From IMG/VR virus record IMGVR_UViG_3300027759_000001: a DNA stretch of 64,000 nucleotides, one strand, 5' to 3'. The position numbers were made by a program, and so were the translations under genes. Below are positions 57,930 to 64,000 of the stretch, one piece after another. This DNA comes from a virus. Its lineage: Duplodnaviria > Caudoviricetes. The notes under the pieces are model-generated. The model was not told where the DNA came from. It worked only from the letters and a program-made list of their open reading frames with translations, and made no database searches. Within the stretch, counting starts at the first letter, position 1. Every line of letters starts with the position of its first letter.

Positions 57930-59144
57930 TTATTTAATTAAAGATTTATAAAATTCTGATCTTGTTTTAGTGACTTGGTTAAGGTCATATTTATCTTTTA
58001 CCGTTTCGTATAATCTTTCACCAAGATCAACAATCATACTTGGGTTGTCAACCAATTTCTTAATATTTTTTGCCCAATCACTATGATTATTATTTTCGTT
58101 AACCAATAAAGCGTTACCATCGGTAAATTTACCTTGATGTAAAGCGTGTTTTAAATCAATCGTGTATGGTCCAACATTTGATGCAATTAAAGCTTTCTTA
58201 TAAAATCCAGCCTCAATAACCTTCAATTGAGATTTCATTCTGTTGAAGATATGATTTTGAATTGGTGCTAATGAAATATCAAATTTAGAATAATTCTTAG
58301 CGTAAGATGTTACAGGTTTAGTCCATACTCTAACATAATTTTCATTCTCCCAACCCAAATATTCTTTATCCTCATATTTTTCTAAAAATTCTTTATATTT
58401 TGGTGTTATAATTTTATAATCGTTAGTAAAAATTTTTTCGTATTTAAGCCAAACAGTTTCGTCAGGTTTAATTGGTCTTTGTGTTTTTTCTCCCGTCTGT
58501 TGATTTATTTCAGTTACAGTACCACGAGTATCAAATCCACATACAAAATATTGTATTTTATCTTGTAATGATGATAATTTAGAAACGGTACCGTCCATTA
58601 ACTTTAAATCGTGTAAGTGTGAAGAACCTCCTAACCAACCAACTCTGATCTTATCTGATGATACTGTTGGTTCTTTAAATTGAGATTCATTTGGGTCAAT
58701 TGCATTTGGGAATACAACTACGTTTTTATTAAATTTGCGAATTTCATTTGCAAAAATTTCAGTAGTTGTCATAACGTATGAACAAACTTTTAAATTCTTA
58801 ATGATTTTCTCATGTAATTTATTTTGCATGATTAATTGATGAATAGGATGTTCCTTTGTCGGTAACCAATAATCATCAATATCGCCAACAACAATAATTC
58901 CCATACCTTTTAATTTCTCAATCAAAGCAGGACATGAGTCATAGTCTTGACCAATAGTACGGTGGAAATGAACTATTTGATATTTTTTCCAATAGTTGTC
59001 ATCGTCAATTTTAGGTGTGTAATCAATATCAACATGAAAGTCGTTAGGATAAAGATTTTGTAATTTTACGTGTGGATCTACCGATCTAAATTTCCCAACA
59101 CCTGATGTGTCTGAGGGTAATACTAATACATTAATTTTTTCCAT
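57930..59144 (-). CDS. GT-B glycosyltransferase
   Basis: Start reassigned to MEKINVLVLP; RVGWLGGSSH, FNRMKSQLKVIEAG. Confidence 0.8.
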   Translation of the reverse strand: MEKINVLVLPSDTSGVGKFRSVDPHVKLQNLYPNDFHVDIDYTPKIDDDNYWKKYQIVHFHRTIGQDYDSCPALIEKLKGMGIIVVGDIDDYWLPTKEHPIHQLIMQNKLHEKIIKNLKVCSYVMTTTEIFANEIRKFNKNVVVFPNAIDPNESQFKEPTVSSDKIRVGWLGGSSHLHDLKLMDGTVSKLSSLQDKIQYFVCGFDTRGTVTEINQQTGEKTQRPIKPDETVWLKYEKIFTNDYKIITPKYKEFLEKYEDKEYLGWENENYVRVWTKPVTSYAKNYSKFDISLAPIQNHIFNRMKSQLKVIEAGFYKKALIASNVGPYTIDLKHALHQGKFTDGNALLVNENNNHSDWAKNIKKLVDNPSMIVDLGERLYETVKDKYDLNQVTKTRSEFYKSLIK

Positions 59145-59251
59145 AGTTATAATAATAATAGAAATGTAATCTAAATGTATGGAAATATCAACCCATAAAA
59201 ACAAAAAACCCCAATCATTGATTGAGGTTCCCTTTTTTATTTTAAATTAAA

Positions 59252-59860
59252 TTATTTTGCTATTTTTTTTACTCTAATTAACTTACCTTCAAAAATATGT
59301 TGACCAACTCTAAATTTAAAAACTTCATTACTCTTAGTTTCAGATTCAGTTAATAACCCATTTTCTCTAAGAACATCTTGTACTGTTTCTCTAACAATGT
59401 CTCTTATTACATTTGCATCTACACCAACATTAGATTGTTGTTGTCGTTGTTGTTGTTGTTTTTGTGGTTGTTTGTTTTCTAATAATTCTCCTTTTGCATT
59501 TGTATTCATCAATCTACTTGCTTTCTCAACCAATTCATTTGATAACATTCCTGATCCAACACCCATTGTTGGTTGTTGAATTGGATGTTCCATCATTAAT
59601 TTTTTAATTTCATCGGGTAATTTAGAACCTAAAATTCTATCAGATGTCATTGGTCCATTATTAATTGGTTTTGCGACTTCTTGTTCCGATAAAAATTCTT
59701 GTGGTAAATTGTAAGTTGCTTGAATAGGTTGGTAATCTTCTACCATTGGTGATGATGACCCCCCTGATGACTGAATACCATTTCTACCCATGTCATTGTG
59801 TTTTTCCATGATCTTTTTTGAGATCATTAATTTTTGTATTAAATCTTGTTCTGAATTCAT
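59252..59860 (-). CDS. Hypothetical protein with Gln-rich linker
   Basis: 202-aa ORF. Confidence 0.75.
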   Translation of the reverse strand: MNSEQDLIQKLMISKKIMEKHNDMGRNGIQSSGGSSSPMVEDYQPIQATYNLPQEFLSEQEVAKPINNGPMTSDRILGSKLPDEIKKLMMEHPIQQPTMGVGSGMLSNELVEKASRLMNTNAKGELLENKQPQKQQQQRQQQSNVGVDANVIRDIVRETVQDVLRENGLLTESETKSNEVFKFRVGQHIFEGKLIRVKKIAK

Positions 59861-59862
59861 AG

Positions 59863-60267
59863 TTATGCTAAATTTTCTTCAGTGTTATCAAAGACTGCGT
59901 TAATAATAACTTTAGTCATACTTTTATCTCCGTTAGGATTATAGTTTGGTCTTGGCTCATTAAATGTTTCTGCCGTTGGTCTAATAAATTGAACTTTGTC
60001 TAATCTAAACATTCTCCAACTTGGTAAAGGTTTTTCACCTAAGTACGCTCTGTGGGAAGCACCTTCCATGTCCCAAGCTCGTAATACAGGATTCCCACTT
60101 TTACTATAACCAAAACATACAGGTTCAATCGTTCTTAAACCATTACCTCCCGGCTCACGACCATTATAATAAATCACAACGCGCCTTTTTTTCTTAATAG
60201 CATCAACTACTGATTCAATTGATGCTACTTCAACAATAAGACCTTTTAATGTATTGTAAAGTTTCAT
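59863..60267 (-). CDS. Stand-alone WYL-domain protein
   Basis: VVIYY..RTIEPVCFG..LRAWD..WRMFRLDKV. Confidence 0.8.
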   Translation of the reverse strand: MKLYNTLKGLIVEVASIESVVDAIKKKRRVVIYYNGREPGGNGLRTIEPVCFGYSKSGNPVLRAWDMEGASHRAYLGEKPLPSWRMFRLDKVQFIRPTAETFNEPRPNYNPNGDKSMTKVIINAVFDNTEENLA

Positions 60268-60554
60268 TATGCTGACGGAGTTGTGTAAGGTTTGTTTTTT
60301 TGATATTCATTAATTTTTATCTCACTAATACGTTCAATTGTATCTACAGATGAACCACCATTGGCGGTATCTAAGAATATTCCGGTTCCTTTACCAAATT
60401 CATCACCATCGGATATTGCGTCCTTATTGGTTGAGGAGTAAGGGTTAACCGACTTGTAATCGTTTTTTGGGATTAACTTTTGTCTTTGTTGTTCAGCGAT
60501 TTGTCCTAATTCATTATTAGGTTGACTAAAATCTAATCTTTCACTTGTTGCCAT
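60267..60554 (-). CDS. Hypothetical protein
   Basis: 95-aa ORF. Confidence 0.7.
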   Translation of the reverse strand: MATSERLDFSQPNNELGQIAEQQRQKLIPKNDYKSVNPYSSTNKDAISDGDEFGKGTGIFLDTANGGSSVDTIERISEIKINEYQKNKPYTTPSA

Positions 60555-60555
60555 A

Positions 60556-61026
60556 TTAAATTATTTTTTTCATTATGTCGTTTATCCTTTTTAGGGCTTC
60601 TGTTATTTTTATATCATCATTAGTAGAACTATGTTCTTTTGATGGTCTATTCATATCTGCCAACCAACCCATATCATCAACTAAATCTTGATTAACGTCA
60701 GATGGCATATAATCTCTATGTATCTCAGTATTTTGTTCATCACCTTTTCTTAATTGAGCGATTGTGTCATTAGTCCAATTTTTTACGTATTCACCACCAT
60801 TTAATATAAAAGGTGCGTCAGTACCATCACCATCATAATTATCAAACCAATTTTTCATTCTACCTAATTGTTGGTAAGAAACATGACCTTTATCACGTAA
60901 ATCAATATTACGTTTATGACCTTCAATTGAGGGATCTGAATTTGGTATATAATCAAAACACTTACCTAAGTATTCGGTAATTTCTTTCGGTAATGAAATC
61001 AATTTACCATATAAATTTTTATTCAC
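60556..61026 (-). CDS. Hypothetical protein
   Basis: 156-aa ORF with ITEALKRINDIMK C-terminal motif. Confidence 0.7.
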   Translation of the reverse strand: MNKNLYGKLISLPKEITEYLGKCFDYIPNSDPSIEGHKRNIDLRDKGHVSYQQLGRMKNWFDNYDGDGTDAPFILNGGEYVKNWTNDTIAQLRKGDEQNTEIHRDYMPSDVNQDLVDDMGWLADMNRPSKEHSSTNDDIKITEALKRINDIMKKII

Positions 61027-62170
61027 CTTCTTTTAAATGTTTGATTAATTTATTAATACTAATGCCTTCTTTGTCTGCAATTTTTTTAATAGATTCAATA
61101 TTTCTTATTAATATTTTACTAACGGGAGAATCTTCAGAGTCATCTTTAGGTACTACATCGTTAGATTTTTTCCTTTTCTTTACTAATATTTCATCAATAA
61201 GATCTGTCATTTTTTGTTTTTCTAATTCAGACAATCTTCTTTTAGTAAAACAATTTCTACACAGTCCTCTTTTCTTTTCGTTCTTAAGTTGTTTATCTAA
61301 GTTTCTGTCAAAACCTAAACGTTTAACTCTTTCTTCACGCTCCATGTCATCCTCAACACCTAACTCATCTTTGAAAATTTCATCTGCCTCATCATATGTT
61401 GAAACATCTTCAGTTTCTTCAAATCCAAATGATTCAGATTGGTCAACCTCATCAAGTAAGTTTTTAATATTATTTTCTATAGATTCACCCCAATAACGTT
61501 TATAGTATGGCCATTGATTTGCTCTTGCCATTTTAACGGTTTGGTCTAATGTTTTGTGTGGGTGCATTTGTTGGTCTAACATTGGGATATTTGATCCTAA
61601 TAATGTACCATCGGCATCAACAAATTCTGCCAACTCAGCCTCACCCTCAATTTCTTTTTCTTTATATTTTTCAGGAATTTTACTATTCATTTTAATTCCT
61701 AATTTTTTCCCAAACTCAATAATAAATGGTGTTGCTAATGTTGAACCTGGTAATAGTTGTAAAACAATTAATGGTATTAACTTGGCAATATCACCGGATT
61801 GGTCTTTAATAAAATCTTTTTCTTCTTTTGATAACTCAAAATCTTTATCTTTTAAATATTGTTTTGCCGAAGACAAAATAATTTTAATTAGTAATTTTGT
61901 TTCCTTAAATTCTTTAGTAATACCCTCCTTATATTTCTTCAAACGACCTGTAATTTCACCAGTACTCATTTTTTTACCTTCAGATAGTATTACACTAATA
62001 AAAGTTTTAATATTTTTTTCTTCTGATTTATCAAAATCCATTCTACTATCTATTTGTTTAGCTTCGTTTAAATTTTCCGAAACTGAATAATATAAGGACA
62101 TTTTATCTCCTTTATCTTTCAGAAAGAAATAGTACGGTTTTTTGAAATATTCTGTATTAAAGTTAATCAT
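61019..62170 (-). CDS. Hypothetical protein with LETM1-like hydrophobic hairpin
   Basis: Start reassigned to MINFNTE; DIAKLIPLIVLQLLPGSTLATPFII segment. Confidence 0.6.
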   Translation of the reverse strand: MINFNTEYFKKPYYFFLKDKGDKMSLYYSVSENLNEAKQIDSRMDFDKSEEKNIKTFISVILSEGKKMSTGEITGRLKKYKEGITKEFKETKLLIKIILSSAKQYLKDKDFELSKEEKDFIKDQSGDIAKLIPLIVLQLLPGSTLATPFIIEFGKKLGIKMNSKIPEKYKEKEIEGEAELAEFVDADGTLLGSNIPMLDQQMHPHKTLDQTVKMARANQWPYYKRYWGESIENNIKNLLDEVDQSESFGFEETEDVSTYDEADEIFKDELGVEDDMEREERVKRLGFDRNLDKQLKNEKKRGLCRNCFTKRRLSELEKQKMTDLIDEILVKKRKKSNDVVPKDDSEDSPVSKILIRNIESIKKIADKEGISINKLIKHLKEGE

Positions 62171-62224
62171 AAAAACTTTTTTTAATATAAATACTTTCAT
62201 TTATGGTATTTATTAATAAAAAGA

Positions 62225-64000
62225 ATGGCGGAACAAAATATTAATCAATATGTTTATAAGAAGTACAGGATAAATCTTGAGTCTGATAGTATGGATATGT
62301 CTTTGACTTCGGATGAAAGAGATTATAATCAAGAGGTTATTTTTTCTCCGTTTTTAATTGCTCAAACATATGGAGATCGTTTACCAATTAATTTTAATAT
62401 TAGTGACCCGTTAAGTGCTCAAGATTTAACATTAACATATAAAAATTATAACACTAATAATGTTTTTGTATCACAAAACTACTATAACCCAAAAAATTTA
62501 GATTTAACTTGTTTTTCCTCATCAACGGCTTGTGATATTGGTTTAACTGGTATTGATAATGGGTTGGTAACAAAAATGTCAGGAGAAACAATTTATTTTA
62601 CAAATGGTTTATATGATGATAGTTTAAAATTTGATAGATTACATTTTGATAGAAGATTAAAAATGTTTCAAGTTACCGGTTATACTGAAACTAATCATAG
62701 GTTTTCGGGAATACCAAAAACAACTTTATATGAGGTTGTTAGTAAAACAGATCCGACTTTTGGAAAGTATCACGAATTATATGGTGGTTTTTATCAAGGA
62801 TTCTACAAACTATTTGGATATGATTATGACATTTTCCCTGAGAGAATGAATAAAGGTTGGTCAGTTGAAATGGTTATTAAACCTAGATTAGTTGATCAAT
62901 ATTTTCCTGATCCTGACGAGACAACATTAAATGAAATATATCCCGATAATAAAAATACATTTTTTTATTTTGGTACAAGAGCTGAAAATAAATTTTACCA
63001 TCATGCAGATGGTTCACCAAATTGTTTTACAGGATACACAAGAGTAACATCTGGTTTAACAAAAGTTGAAACTTGTGCTTGTTGTAATACATACACAGAT
63101 AATAGTAGATGTATTTACGTTTACCCACCAAGATCTGTTGATAATAAACATGATAACCATTTAAATTATGGTTGTAATTTATGTGGTGGAGATAAAGATA
63201 AAAAATTAACTTGTGGTTGTAATTGTGGTGAAGACGCTTGTGATATATGTGGGTGGGAATGTCAGACACATATTTGTCCTACAATTTTTGTTACACCAAC
63301 TCCAACACCAACACCAACGGTAGAACAGGGTTGTTATTGTGCACCTACACCAACACCATCATTTACTCCAACTAAAACTGCTGAAAATTGTTTATTACCA
63401 CCTGTATGTACACCAAGTTGTGCGGGTTGTGAAACTTGTTATGATTGTCTTGATTGTTCAACAACAGGATATACTTCAATAGAAGACACTTGTGAAAAAG
63501 ATCCTTTATTTGATTCTTTATCAAATGCATTCTCATTAAAATTATGTGGAGATCCAAAAAATCCAAAGATTGGTGTTAAAGTATTAAAAATTACAGGTGA
63601 TTGCCAAACATCAGGAACTTGTATTACCGGTCAAACTTATGTGACGGGTTATACTATATCCGAATATTGTTCACCAAATGGTATATACGATTATTGTGTT
63701 GACAAATGTGCCCCATTCTTTGATGTGGAGAAATGGGTTAATATTAATGTTGTATGGAATAGGTATACGTATTTAGATACTTGTGATTTAAAATATAGAG
63801 GTGGGTTAGATGATATCACTAAACGTGAATATCTTGACTCACTTGCAAATGATACAACAAAATTAATTACCGTTCCTATTACTAATGGTAAAAAGGAACC
63901 TGAAATGGTTGAACTTGTTAATCTAAATCAAAAATGGTTGGATGACAAAAAATATAGAATGGGTAGATTAAGAATCTATGTTAATGGTAAACCATTTTAC
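62225..64000 (+). CDS. Cys-rich virion/tail-associated protein (partial, runs off window; absent from ORF track)
   Basis: I translated the frame from ATG 62225 to the window end with no stop; about 30 Cys, PT repeats, ends in LamG-like GRLRIYVNGKP. Confidence 0.85.
   Translation, partial: MAEQNINQYVYKKYRINLESDSMDMSLTSDERDYNQEVIFSPFLIAQTYGDRLPINFNISDPLSAQDLTLTYKNYNTNNVFVSQNYYNPKNLDLTCFSSSTACDIGLTGIDNGLVTKMSGETIYFTNGLYDDSLKFDRLHFDRRLKMFQVTGYTETNHRFSGIPKTTLYEVVSKTDPTFGKYHELYGGFYQGFYKLFGYDYDIFPERMNKGWSVEMVIKPRLVDQYFPDPDETTLNEIYPDNKNTFFYFGTRAENKFYHHADGSPNCFTGYTRVTSGLTKVETCACCNTYTDNSRCIYVYPPRSVDNKHDNHLNYGCNLCGGDKDKKLTCGCNCGEDACDICGWECQTHICPTIFVTPTPTPTPTVEQGCYCAPTPTPSFTPTKTAENCLLPPVCTPSCAGCETCYDCLDCSTTGYTSIEDTCEKDPLFDSLSNAFSLKLCGDPKNPKIGVKVLKITGDCQTSGTCITGQTYVTGYTISEYCSPNGIYDYCVDKCAPFFDVEKWVNINVVWNRYTYLDTCDLKYRGGLDDITKREYLDSLANDTTKLITVPITNGKKEPEMVELVNLNQKWLDDKKYRMGRLRIYVNGKPFY

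Noticed and set aside
19131-61496. Numerous opposite-strand ORFs in the track (for example 19131, 27691, 41285, 42923, 46182, 60993, 61554)
   Set aside because: They fully overlap well-supported genes on the other strand and are shadow ORFs

Overview
This is 64 kb of a large, AT-rich, T4-like (myovirus-type) phage genome read in the standard genetic code. The host is most likely Bacteroidetes: there are at least eight TTTG-N19/20-TAnnTTTG-type promoters, a Bacteroidetes-type bS21 gene, lipoproteins, and A-rich translation starts with little Shine-Dalgarno signal. Layout: (1) 0-9.5 kb, putative virion-internal proteins, a lipoprotein, a small glycosyltransferase trio and tRNA-Arg; (2) 10.2-16.6 kb, an RNA-rich island with five more canonical tRNAs, several tRNA-mimic and orphan structured RNAs, a lysis cassette, a roughly 900-nt ORF-free structured RNA behind tandem rrn-like promoters, and a tmRNA with an unusually long tag; (3) 16.6-26.8 kb, a peptidase, a divergent ClpC/UVR-protein pair, KTSC, a nucleotidyltransferase and low-complexity head-associated proteins; (4) 26.9-36.6 kb, the head module (terminase, portal, antisense bS21, prohead protease, scaffold, major capsid); (5) 38-45 kb on the minus strand, baseplate/virion genes and a gp55-like sigma factor; (6) 45-59 kb on the minus strand, a 14-kb glycosylation and sugar-tailoring cluster with phoH, dUTPase and an exonuclease; (7) 59-64 kb, a WYL protein, hypotheticals and a Cys-rich virion protein running off the window. 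All family assignments come from motif recognition by eye; no database searches were run. The most striking unexplained features are the large ncRNA unit with its rrn-like leader, the family of tRNA mimics sharing one acceptor stem, and a strand-tracking TATTTAT late-promoter motif.
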